A stretch of DNA of 64,000 nucleotides from Bilabrum cf. latius (taxonomy: Eukaryota), in NCBI GenBank assembly GCA_965178125.1, contig OZ237743.1:124001-188000 (forward strand). Reading direction: 5' to 3'. Position 1 is the first letter of the stretch; each line of letters opens with the position of its first letter. Positions 1 through 11,736 of this stretch are shown here, in pieces. The notes under the pieces were generated by a model, which was not told the DNA's origin, did not search any database, and was given only the letters and a program-made list of their open reading frames with translations. Both the position numbers and the translations under genes were made by a program.

Positions 1-1
1 G

Positions 2-2022
2 GAATAGGAGCGGATGCAGCGGCGGGAGCGGAGTAGGGCCAGCCCGGTGCCGATGCAGGCTCCAGCTCCGCCCGATGTGGTGCGTGACCCGGAGGGCCGG
101 GCCCGCATGGTGCGCGTGGCGCCTGCTGAGGACGGGGGGCTGGCTCTGGTACTGGAAGAAGAGACGTGCCTTGCCACCGCGCTGGTGCAGGTGCAGCTGC
201 GGGCCCTCAAGCAGGGCATGGCCGAGTACTCGAGGGGTCCCGGGCTCGTGTAGCCAGTGGTCATTCGAGACGCGGGGGAGCTGATCAGGCAGGCGGACCG
301 CAGGCGGCTCGTGAGGGGCCTGCAAGGCAGCAGGAGCAACGATAGAGGCGTCATCACGAAGGGCGGGAGGGGCAGTGGGGGCGCTGCAGAGGGTGCTTCG
401 GACCGGGTGCATGGTGGAGGTGGCGGCGGGGACGGCAAGTCGTCGCAGTGGGAGGAGGAGGGGACAGGGCTTGTCAGCAAGGGGGGCACTCGGACAGCAA
501 ACGCCGCTGCTGCCTCGTCGCACTCGTCACACCACTCGATGGAGCGGGCCGTCCGCATCGCCACGATGTTCAACGCGATGGCCACCGGCCGCGTGACGGG
601 CCCTCGGCCCCGCCACCGGCCTGTGATTTCGCCCGAGAGGAAGAGGCAGCTGGCCGCGATGCGAGCCGCGCGACGGGCCACCGGGGGCCATTCCGATTCC
701 GATTCCTCGGACGACGACGAGGAGGCACAGCGGCGAGCACGCGGGGGCAAGGGGCACCGCATCGATTCGTACCAGCAGCCCCTGCCGCCGGCCCCAGGGT
801 CAGGCCAAGCAGCCCGTGCCCCTGTCTCTGGCGCGGGAGGAGGCAGAGGAGGAAAGAGAGGGAAGGGAGCCGGCAGCGCCCGCCCGTCCTCCCTACCCAA
901 GCCGCCGCCCGCCGCCAAGACATCGGCGGGTGTGGGCTGCCGCACGAGCCGGTGGTTCAACTTCACGGGTCGCGGCGGAGACACGCTGGTGGTTGAGGAA
1001 GACATGCGGGAGAGCAACTACTGCTTCGACGTGCCGCACAAGATGCTGCTGCTGCTGCGGAGGCAGAGGCAGCAGCATCTTGACGCTGTGCGGGGGGAGC
1101 TCTACCGCTTCGAGGGCCAGCTGGACGCGCTGGGTCCGGTGATCCGGGGGACCATGCGGGCGCACGATCGGAGGGCAAGCAAGGGTTAGGGTGCGGGCGG
1201 GCGGGTGGGCGGGGCTGGCACCGCTTCCACTCCACTGCTCGGGGGGGTCTCGTCCCCAACCAGGGGCGGGGCCACCGCGGGTGGTCGCAACCTCGTGGAC
1301 TCCGAGGGCGAGGAGGACGAGAGCGACGGGTGGAGCGTCGCGGACATGGATTTGATCGACCAGTACAGCGCGCTGGAGGCCACTCTGTCGCTGAGGCGGG
1401 AACTCGACTACGTGCTGGGCTGGCTGCGCGCGCACGAGACCAAGGTGAGGCAGCAGATGGAGCTGCTGGACCAGGCCGTGCAGGTGGGCCACGGGGGCGT
1501 GGGCCCCGACGCGAGCACATTCAAGCAGAGCACCAAGCGCAAGGCGGCGGACTGGGCCTACATGCCCATTAACCTGCACGTGCAGGAGCTCAGGGTCAAG
1601 GAGCTCAACGACCTGCCCCCCGCCAAGCGCTACCACGGCACCGCCAGGGAACTGAGGATCCTCGAGGATTCCCAGGGAACAATGGGCGGCGGCAGCCAGC
1701 TGGACCGACGGGCCGCATACGTGGAGGCCCTCAAGATCGCCCAGTGGGCCGTGGCCAGCGACCAGCTGGGCGAAGGGGGGCACCAGGACGACGCCGGCAG
1801 TGGCAGTGGCAGTGGCGCCGGGGCTGGGAGAGACCCTGCATCCTCCCGTGCCTCGCGGCTGAAGCGGCTGCGGGCCCAAGCTGCGGCTGTGCTTGGGCCC
1901 CCCGTCGCCGTGGAGCACTCGATCCGGCCGTGGAGCCCCTTCGGCCGGTGGGCCCAAGCCCAGCGGAGACTGAGAAGGCTCGTTGACGAGATGCTGGCGG
2001 TGCGGGCGAGCCAGGCCTAGGA

Positions 2023-2061
<39 letters not shown>

Positions 2062-4960
2062 AGCTGCCCAACGCGGGGCAAACGGGGCAGCAAGGGAAGC
2101 CTCGGGGCCGCAGTCGGCTGCTGCTACGATTGCCGGCCCGGCGCAGGCCCAGCCCATGGGCGTGGCTCGTCTGAAGGGGCTCAAAGGCAGGGCGGAATCG
2201 CTGAGGCGGGCCAGCATGGACGTGCCCGCCCTGTAGCGAGTGTCCAGCGCGGCGCAGATGGCCAACGCAATGACGAACGCGGACAGCGTCGGGTTCGTGG
2301 GTGCCGCTGCGGGTGGGCCTAGCTCGCTGGACACAGGCAGCGATGGTGTGGGGGGCGGGACGGGCAGCCACGGGTCCTTCGGTGGCCGGCTGCAGCGGAG
2401 CGCAGCAGGAAGGGGGGCGGGGGGGCATGGGATGGGCGCTGCTTCGACCCGCGCGGGGTCGGGCCCCGCTGCCATGGCCGGCGGCAATGCCTCGTCCTCG
2501 TCCTTGTCGTCTACCAGGGGCTCTCTGGGAGACATGCCGCCCCGGCTTGCGCGCCGGTCTTCTCTGCTGCACGGGGGTAGCCGGCTAGCGAGGGAGGCCG
2601 GGACCGAGGCTCCCGCCGCCGGCGGTGTGACGAGTGCATCCAGCGGCATCACCGATGTGTCGCCGGGAAGCGGGCCACCGCCGAGCGAGGATGCCCCCGG
2701 CGGGCTGGATCTCGGGGAACACGCCAGCGCGGTGGAACACAGCCACGACGTAGACGGGGATGATGACGAGGACGAGGGCAAGGAGGATGATGTTGATGGA
2801 GAGCGCAAGGCAGAGCATGCAGCCACGGGAGGCGATGCAGGAGCAGGGGGTGGCTAGGCGGCCTCTGTCTCCGCCTCGCGAGGTGGGACCAGCACTGGGA
2901 CAACAGGCGCGGCCACCCGGGAGCAGCTCGCCCTCGACGGTCCTCGTTCCTCCACGAGCGCCTCCTCGGGGTACGACCACGAGGCTGACGAGCAGCTGTT
3001 TGCCTACCGGAACCTGATCTACGACACAGTCACCTGCGGTGCCTTCGTGGCGCACACGATGCGGTTCTCGGCCGGCAAGGACATCCTGAGCGCGGCCCAG
3101 CGGCTGCTCTCGGTGACGCAGAAGCGCATCCGGCGGGAGATAGAGGCCTAGCCTCGGCTGCTGGCCATCCGCCAGCTGCTCATGCAGGCCCAGAGCACAC
3201 CGGAGGAGAGGCTGGCTGCGCAGCACCTGCTGCTGCACTGCTCTGACCCGCGCCGGCTGCGGCTGCTCCCCGCCACTGGCGACCCCGCGCTGGAGGACCT
3301 GAACCGAGCCGTGATGGCCGAGGTAGACGCGCGCTTCTCGCTGGAGCTGCGCACTGAAATGATCATGTGCCAGGCCGCCACTGCGCTGGTCACTAGCTTT
3401 GCCAGGAAGATGCGGCTGGTGCAGCGGTACCTGCCCGAGGTGGAGGGCGGGCGGCTTTTGCAGCAGTACATGCAGGTGGGCTTCCTGGTCGAGTTCGAGT
3501 CTTTGCTGTCGGCGTGGGGGGATGAGTACCACATGATCCGAGATTTCTATGCGGCGGTCCGTTCCCTCGCCCGCTTCAGGATCAGGCTGCTGCCCCCCCT
3601 TCCTCCCGACGTGGAAGAGGTGCACCATCGCCGCGATCGCCCTAGACATGCAAGGGCGGGGGAGTGGGCCGGGGCAACTGCCGAGGCAGCCCCGATCACC
3701 GATGGGCGGCAGGTGCGCGGCACCGACGACTGGCGGGCGGGGAACGGCGGCGCGGTCCGCCTGCGCCGAGAGGGCCCCTTCATTGTGATCGAGATGCGGC
3801 TGTGGCCCATGCGGCCCCTGAAGGGGGAGCACAGGCAGAGGGTGCTGCGGGAGTCGTTCGGGCTGGGCATGGGACACGGGGAGGGGGGCGGGGTTGGTGC
3901 CGGGGATCGGGACCACCCCCCTGGTGTGGGCGGGGTAAGGGGTGGCCCCTAGGGCGCAGGCCCCGCGCCCCGCCCACTGGCCCCGGATGAACAAGAGACA
4001 GGGCTGAGGAGGCACCCGCTGTACGACCTCGACCCCGCGCTGCGTCGGCTGGTGCCTCTTGAGCTGGCCGCCGGTAAGACCATCGCCGTGGTGCCTGTCA
4101 TGTTCTCCATGGGCGTGAACGAGTTCCACTACCTGGGCTCCAAGGCGTCCATCTTCCTAGACATGGAGGTGCACAGGAGGATCAACCTCGTGGAGTTCCA
4201 TCGGCTGCTCGTGTACTTCACTTCGTACAAGCAGTACTACCACGAGGAGACGGAGAAGCTGCGGCAGCACGCCGTGGAGGAGGCCCGCCTCAGCTGGGGC
4301 AAGGTGGGGGCTGCTTTCCAGGGAGTGCAGCCCGCTGCGGTGGGGGACCTGGCGGGGCGCGGCGCAGACGAGGAGGAGGGGGAGGGGGGTGGGGATGGCG
4401 GCGCAGGAGGCGGTTCCGGTCTATCGTCTGCTGGTGCTGGCCCCGGTGCTGGCCCGGGGTTCGGTTTCGGTTTCATCCGTCGAACCGCTTCCAAGGGCGG
4501 GGCGGTGTCCCCGCTGGTCCCCGACTCGGCGCTGCCCCCGGCCGTGCGGCTTGAGCTGCGGCGCCGCGCGGAGAAGATCGAGCTGCTGAGCGAGAGGTTC
4601 CGCAAGCTGGCGGAGGCCGTGGCTCAGGACCCGACGATTCAGTCGATCGAGGCGCTGCGACAGGCGGAGGAGCTTGTGCGGCGGCTGCACGGGGGGCGGG
4701 TCACGAGCTGCAAGAGCGGCAAGGACAGGACAAGCATGATGGTGACCCTCGAGCAGGCGAGCATCTTGCAGCAGGAGCACGGGCTTAGCGGTCTGGAGCG
4801 CAAGGAGGTTGCTGAGATCATGAGGAGGCACGGGACAAGGCGAGCCAACGTGCTCAAGAACGTGGGCAAGGCCAAGTACGCCATCAACACGATCCAGCAG
4901 TACTTCTTTAACGATGAGCTGAGGCCTCCAACCGGAATGGGCGGCGCCAAGCAGACATGA
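2..4960 (+). CDS. INPP4: Inositol polyphosphate 4-phosphatase (INPP4-type), 5'-truncated by the window edge; single frame with 8 in-frame TAG codons
   Basis: ORFs 14-253, 257-1189, 1205-2020, 2240-2857, 3182-3952 and 4052-4960 share one frame and are separated only by TAG (5, 251, 1187, 2018, 2234, 2855, 3149, 3950). The gene ends at TGA 4958-4960. It has the catalytic CX5R motif TSCKSGKDRTSM plus INPP4-like segments YDTVTCGAFVAH, GFLVEFESLLSAWGDE and PVMFSMGVNE. Confidence 0.9.
2018..2061 (+). repeat. (CAGGAG)n coding microsatellite (QE repeat) whose first Gln position is TAG
   Basis: tag gaa cag gag cag gag cag gag ... is read directly from the sequence. Confidence 0.9.
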
Positions 4961-5529
4961 GGCAAATTTTGGAACTTTTCACTCGTTTGTCTGATTGTCC
5001 GTAAATAACGTATTAAGATAATCACACACTATAAATCTATGTCTTCACCCAACAATGTATTTCTGTATTTCTGTATTTCACCCAGAAAATTATTCTGGTA
5101 TTCTGGAAAGTTCTTCGGGTCCCCCCAAAGTTCTGCGGCTTGCGCTGATTTCACACATTATCAGATCCCTCCACAGTTCTTCCGAACTTCTTCGACTTTC
5201 GACAGGCGTATCTGGGTCAGTTTGAGCGAATTTCCCATGCGCTACTCCCAGATCCGCTGCATTCACTATATTACTGGTGCTCACCCGGTGGGATAGAAGT
5301 TTTGTGCAGATCATTGATTTACGGAACCAAGCAGCTTGAGGGTGCGCGGCGCCGAACAGACGACGATGATGCGCAATGCTGGAGCCACCTAGAGTACGTC
5401 CGAAAACAAAGGTTTGGATCAAATTTCAATGGTTCGTTACCTAACAGCATAATGTGAGACACGAATTGTTGCAGAAAGTTGCAGATAAATTCCTTAAAAC
5501 CTGCAATATTGATCATCGAGTCATCGTCT

Positions 5530-6231
5530 ATGTTTGCTGTCCCAAATCCTCTGTCACCACGCAGGCAGGACGACTCTCTGAAGAATTCCAATGAAGCGAA
5601 AATCCACTCTGAAAATTTTCGCTTCTGTGCAGTCCACGACAAATCAACGGCAGCAGAAACGAGCGACCGTGTCAGCGAAGGGTGCACACGCTGTAGAGTG
5701 CGACGCTTCGAGATCCTAGTATCAGCGTACTGGCAATTTGTGCATCACTACAAAAGTAGTGAATATTCGAAAACCAGTGGTTCCAGCAAACTGCTGGCCA
5801 GGTGGGCCAAGAAGGTGGGTGCTTCAAATCGAGATGCGATCACAATTGCTCCCCCTCCGCCGCTCACTCGAGTGTCAAGGACCGAGCTCGCGATGGAGTG
5901 GGCATTAGAGTAGGCAACATATGTAGCCATTGGAATGCGAGCGTGCGAGAAACCCACGGATCCGCTGATCTTGTAGCTGCAAGCGTGGCATCGTCGAGAG
6001 ATTGATCGGTTCCTGGCCCGTAGGCCGGCCCGGTTGCATCTACAGGCATGCAATTCGGAGGAAGAGGAAGGGACCGTGTAGATATGGAGCGCAGGCGAGT
6101 CCCCGGTCGCCAAGGAAGATGGATGGTCGAAGGACCGGCCGGAATCGCCGGCTCGGTCGCTGGTTTCGGTCGGTGTGGGAGGGTTGCTTGCACCCGTGGA
6201 GGCTCCAGAAAATGGTGGCGGAGCTTGCTGA
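5530..6231 (+). CDS. Hypothetical protein (~233 aa), open only if TAG is a sense codon
   Basis: ATG 5530 to TGA 6229-6231 in one frame with 3 internal TAGs and no TAA/TGA. No recognisable motif. Confidence 0.35.
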
Positions 6232-6533
6232 ACGTTTCTTTGAATAAATCTACATGAATTCATTGTACTAGAACTGGACCAAGCCTCTTTGCGCGGTGAA
6301 TGCAAGCTCCAGGCACCACAGATGCCAAGTTGAAGTTGGCGTTCTGCCAGTGGCAGTGCCGTGCAATTCAGTGCTCTCCCAGTTCTCTTGGTCGATCCAA
6401 AACAAGGTCGCTTCCTCCCCAAGACGACACAAATCTCACACTAGTAGGGCTAATGGGTGCCTTGAGTGGTTCGCGGCGACGATGCTGCGTGTGCTGCAGC
6501 CAGGTATCGGAGCTGTGCGGTGGCCCTGCATCG

Positions 6534-8150
6534 ATGGATTGTAGCAGCTTTTTCTCTCAGCTGTTCCAGCCGGGCACTGCTCCGTACCTGGCGATGATTG
6601 TGGTTGCTCTTGTGATTGCAAGGGCCACAGACCAAGTGTTCTACTATCGCATTGCTATCGCGATGTCTCCCTATAGCTGGTATTTTAGCTCGTGCATCCT
6701 ACCCATTGCGTTCCTGATCATTGTTTGGCCAATCGTTGGGGCCAAGCTCATCTGGTACCCGAAGCACATCACTAAGGAGATGCTGGCGATCCCGTAGCAC
6801 AAGTTTGCCGTGCTCGGCGCTCTGGACACGGCGTACAACCTGCTCAGCACCTGGCCCATCAAGGCCACGGGTTCCACAGTGGCCAACGTCCTCGCTCAGA
6901 GCGTGCTTCCGATCAACATGGTCATGTCGTTCGTTGTGCTGCGCACCCGGTACACGGGCCAGCACATGTCTGGGGCTCTGCTCGTCATATATGGCGTGCT
7001 GCTGCGGCTGCTCCCTGCCCTGCAAGACTCGAGCGACGAGGGCGACGGAGACGACGAGGTGCCGGCGGGGGCCTTCCTGGCGTGGAGCGTGGTGCTGGTG
7101 GGCTCCCAGATATTCGCGGCTCTCTCCAACGTGTACAAGGAAGTTGCCCTCAAGGGAACCGAGGACGTGGACGTGTATTACATGAATGCATGCATATCCT
7201 CCTGGCAGCTTCTCTTCGGGATTCTGACGGCACCGCTGGTCGGACTCAAGTTCACTCCCGATTACGTCCCGCTGAGCGAGCTGGGGACGTACATATCCAA
7301 CGCGAACAAGTGCTTCTTCGGGCACAACGCCGTGGCAGGGGACGTGTGCGACGCCGACTCGGCCTCTCCGATGGCTATCTTCTGCATCTTTATCGCTTTC
7401 AATCTCACGTACAACATACTCATGCTGGAGATATTCAAGCGGGGGTCCAGCGTGCTGTTTGTGGTTGCATCTGCAGTGCGACTGCCACTGGTGGACATCC
7501 TGCTGCTGTGGCCTCTTCTCGCGGGAGTAGCCACCGCCACATTCACCTCCTTTGACGCGTTTGCGCTGGTCGCTCTGCTGCTGGCCATGTACCTGTACAA
7601 CTCCCAGCCGGAGATCAAGTCGAAGAGACCTCCCCTTGGGCTGCAGGAGCTGTGGGGCGGGTTTGTGCGGCACTGCCTGTGCTGCGAGTGCGGGTGCCTG
7701 GAGCAAGTGCTCGAGGGCGGCGAGCACGGGGATGGCGAGACGCGGGGGCTGCTGGACAATGGAGCGGCAGGATCAGGATCAGGATCAGGATTGGGTAAGG
7801 GGACGGGCGGGAAGCTCAGGCTGCTGGCAGCAGCGCCCGGGGCCACAGGGATGGCGGTTGCGCGGGCCTCCTACCTGGACGAAGATGAAGATGAAAACGA
7901 AGATGGAGCATCCGCGTCTGCGGCCGCACTGCGAAGCAGTGTGGAAGGCGATGGTGTGGTGCTACTGGACGCTGAAAACAAGGCGGTGGGCGCTGGTGCT
8001 GCTGCTGCTGCCGGTGTGGGCAGGGGGCTCGGGGGGGCTACCCATCGGGGGGGGTATGGAAGCGCGGATGCGGCTGCGGCCGGCGTGGGCCCAAGCGATG
8101 GTTCGACTGGCTCCTCTGGGGAGGAGCCTGCGGCTGTTCCGGCATTGTGA
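6534..8150 (+). CDS. CRT-like (chloroquine resistance transporter / CLT family, DMT superfamily) transporter
   Basis: ORFs 6300-6797 and 6810-8150 are joined by one TAG (6795-6797), giving ITKEMLAIP[TAG]HKFAVLGALD. About 10 hydrophobic helices. Family-like segments include QSVLPINM, ALSNVYKE, MNACISSWQ, KCFFGHN and FNLTYNILML. Ends at TGA. The start could instead be ATG 6453. Confidence 0.85.
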
Positions 8151-8453
8151 CGAGGAAAGCTGTCGAGGTGTGACGAGTGCGCGCCCGGAGCCACGCGGTC
8201 GATCGATGGATTGTTGGTTAAAGCGGGCCGCCAGCGGTGCACGTGCAGGCGGATCGGTTGATGAAACCGCCCTGGGCATCAGTGCCACTGCTGGCTGCGT
8301 GCGATGTCATCCGGTTGCTCCCGGCCCCACGTCGCATCTACTTTTTTTATAAACATTTTTTCTATTTTTAATGGTCTCTATCGCATCTCATCGGAGTCGA
8401 GCACCATGCACCATGCACCTCCGAATCCACCGCCCCATTTCGTGTTTGGTCCA

Positions 8454-9179
8454 TCACTGCCTCCCCCGACTCTAGTCCTCGGCGGGAGCCTCCTCCACGG
8501 CCCTCCGCAGCGCCTCCGTGTCCACCTCCCTGGGCTGGCCGATCCCAAAGGCGGGGGCGCCGCTTTGGCCGACCCCTCCGCCGCTTTGGCCACTGCCACC
8601 GGCAGCGGCGGTGGTCCTCAGCCTCTTGACCCCCCCGTCTGACTCCGCCCCCAGGTACCCCGTGGGGACCCCCCCCTCCGAGCTGAACACCAGGGCGGGC
8701 TTGCCCTGTAGAGAGCGCAGCACTGACTGGCCCGCGATGGCCTCGCGAGATGGCGGGCGAAGGGGCTCTGCGGGCCAGAAGGACCCGTCCAGCTGCAGCC
8801 GCACGTGCTGCTTGCCGTCCATCAGAGCCACGCAACCGTTCGAGAGGCGCAGCTCGGGCCTGTCGTTTCGCACGCCCAGCTCCGCGCAAGGTACGACTCT
8901 GCCAGCCATCTGCCTACCCTTCGGGTGCGCAACAATCACGCGATCCACTACAACGTTATGAAATCTGGCGTAGCGAAACCTCGTGTACGCTGCGAATGCG
9001 ACCGAGGCAGCTGCAACTCCCCCTAGCACGGCGACGGCGCGCTCCAAGAAGACCAATCGTCGCTCCAGTTCATCTGGATGCAGAAATGCTGCCAATCCTT
9101 TCTACCTTCGAGCAGCTGCGGTGCGCTTGGGGTGTAGGCCTTGCGTCCAAAAAGTACAAGCATCGGTGATGAACACCAT
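8454..9179 (-). CDS. Hypothetical single-pass membrane protein
   Basis: ATG 9179 to TGA 8454-8456 with TAGs at 9102 and 8472. Hydrophobic stretch AVAVLGGVAAASVAFAAY. Divergent from the phosphatase gene. Confidence 0.5.
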
Positions 9180-9418
9180 CGCGATTCAAACACGGCTCCA
9201 CGTGGCCGGCTGCCTACAACAATCTCTCACACGCTGCTCGCTATAATGCAGACTATTTGGCTGCCTTGGACTCGCCCGATTCCCCGGACATTGCCGCTGC
9301 AGGTGTCTCAAGAAGGTGCTCCACGCAGACCACCAGCAAGTGGTCTTGCAGTGGGCTGCAACTGAGCTGCGGATGCAGGGTGCGCAATTTGGATCCACTA
9401 TTGAGGCCGTTCGGTACA

Positions 9419-11098
9419 ATGCGCAACCTCCTGATTGCTTTCATTGCGTGTATCACTGCTGCATTTGCCAGACCACGCCACCTGCGGATGAATTTGATCA
9501 GAAAGGAGGGTTCCATGCGGTTTGCCTGGAATCAGCTGCAAACGCCGCAGTATCCTACGCTTGCACTGGGTTCGTCCCCCACAAACATGTCCCAAACAAT
9601 AAAAGCGCAATGTCATACCTTCAGTTAGGGAGATCTCTGCGGTGCACCCGCCACGGACCCGGAAAACTGGGTCAACCCTGGGTTCGTCTGTGTGGCCACA
9701 GCGTCTGGACTGCCTCGCGACGGAAAGCCAATGTACTACTCCGTTGGCGATGGAATACAAGCCGCTAATAAGTCGGATGTGTTTGAGTTCCGTCCGAGTC
9801 CAGTGGATACCACCGGGACAACCGCACGGTTGCTGATAACCGCAGACACTGGGACCACTGGCCACGCCGTTGCGACGCTGTCCAACATGAGCAAAGCCAT
9901 CGAGCGCGCCGAGAACTTGAGTACCAGCCATGGGATCGTTGACACCAGCTCGTTCGACCGTCCCGTGGACCTGGTGCTGTTCAATGGAGACCTTAGCTAC
10001 GCCATGGGCAAAGCTAGCAAATGGGACGAGTTCTTCTCACAGATGCAGGGCATTGCAGCGCGGGTCCCAGTGAGTTTCTCGGTGGGGAACCACGAGTTCG
10101 ACTGGACTGGGCAGGCCTGGGATCCCTGGTGGTCGGACATCTGGTGGGACACTGGCTCCCAGGGCGAGTGCGGCCTGCAGTACGACGCTCGGCTGCAGCA
10201 GGAGGGGCCAGCGCCACCAGGGCCCCGAGGGAACAACTGGACGGCCCCGGGGTACTACTCGAACGTGAACAACTACTGGTACAGCGTCAACCGCGGCCCC
10301 GTGCACGTGATTGCGCTCTCCACGGAGCACAACTACACGACCGGGAGCCCCCAGCGGCAGTGGCTCGAGAAGGACCTTGCAGCAGTGGACAGGACCCCCG
10401 GGCGGGGAGGCACCCCGTTCGTCATCGTGATGTTGCACCGGGCGCTCTACGACACCACGCTCAGCGCGCTTCTTCCCGAAGAGTTTGCTCTCCGGTACGA
10501 GCTGGAGCCCGTCTTTGAGCGGTACAACGTATCGCTGGTGCTGCTCGCGCACATCCACAACTACCAGCGCACATGCGCGGTCTACGACGGCAACTGCACG
10601 GGGTCCGATGGGTGGGCCCCCGGCATGCAGTTCCGGTCCTCGCAGTCCCTCTCGACCCCCGGGGCTGTCCCCAGCATGGGGCTCGGGGAAATCGAGGCCC
10701 GGCGCCTGGCTTTGCAGGGGCTGGAGGAGCGGCGGGCGAGGGCCATCGAGACTGGGCACAGGGGGGTGAGGGCGGTCGACGGGGTGAGCCTTGACCCCAC
10801 CGGGGGGGCGCTGGAGCGGGAGCTCAGGAGAGCCCCGGGGACGAGAGGGGTCTACGGCGGGGATGCGGGGGGTTCCGGGTCCCCCCCACCAAGGGGTCGG
10901 CCCTACGTGGTGATCGGATCAGGGGGCAAGACATCGGGCACCCGGTTCTGGGTGACGGACCCGGAGTGGCTCGCCTTCCGGTCGGAGGAGTTCGGGTACC
11001 TTGACCTCGTGGTGCACAACCAGTCGGTTGCAACCGCTAGGTATGTCTCGGATCCTGACGGGGTGGTGCTGGACGAGTTTTCCTTCGGGCCCTACTGA
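9419..11098 (+). CDS. Secreted purple acid phosphatase / nucleotide pyrophosphatase-like metallophosphoesterase
   Basis: Signal peptide MRNLLIAFIACITAAFA. N-terminal domain TFS[TAG 9626]GDLCGAPA...WVNPG. Metallophosphoesterase motifs ADTG, GDLSYA, GNHE, VMLH and AHIHNYQR. Ends at TGA 11096-11098. Confidence 0.9.
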
Positions 11099-11693
11099 CC
11101 ACTGGCACCGACCGGGGATGTGGAAGGGAGCTTGGGGCGTGTGCATGCGCCGCCAGGGCAAGAATCGGATGGGCTCTGGGAGGACCGAATTATAAGGATG
11201 AGAGTGACTGGTTGAATGAATTTCGGTCGGCGCGGTGGTGCGCCACGGTCCACTGGGGCCGTTGCTTGCTTGCGCTGTCGGCATAAACGAACAAATTCGC
11301 TCTCTGGATTTGTTGAGCAATCAGTGAGATCAAGGAAACGGTACATTCATTCTGCCCACGGCCGGGCAGGCATGTTGTCGTACGGCCGTCACCTGGACGA
11401 AGTGCCGCTACTGCAAGCGTACCTCTCTGGGAAGCGCAGAATCGATGAGGGCAAGCAGCACGACAGATCTCATCACGTTTCTGAAATCCCGGAGCTCACA
11501 AGAGCGCGCGGCGGAGTACGCCTTCACGCAGATGGGGAAGAGCCAGCTTGGTGACCGCGAGCGAGGACACGCCGACGTGGCTGAGGCCCTGCTGCACCTC
11601 CGCGACGACAGCCACAACCGCGCAGCCCAGCACCTTACTACCGCAGGCAAGGTTGATCTAGACAAGGAGCTCGTTCTACTGCTGCTCGAAATG
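11039..11693 (+). repeat. Left copy of a ~660-bp diverged direct repeat (partner at 24985-25647)
   Basis: Colinear near-identity by eye from aggtatgtctcggatcctgacgg to gacaaggagctcgttc...ctcgaaatg. Confidence 0.9.
11372..11693 (+). pseudogene. Decayed 5' fragment of the F-BAR gene (copy of 25300-25647)
   Basis: Relative to the intact copy it has a 30-nt deletion (SIADEAKAVV) and a 1-nt frameshift near 11460, and it is truncated at about 11693. Confidence 0.8.
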
Positions 11694-11736
11694 GCATGCA
11701 TTGACCCACCAAGCCGCCATTCTGCGCGAAATCACA

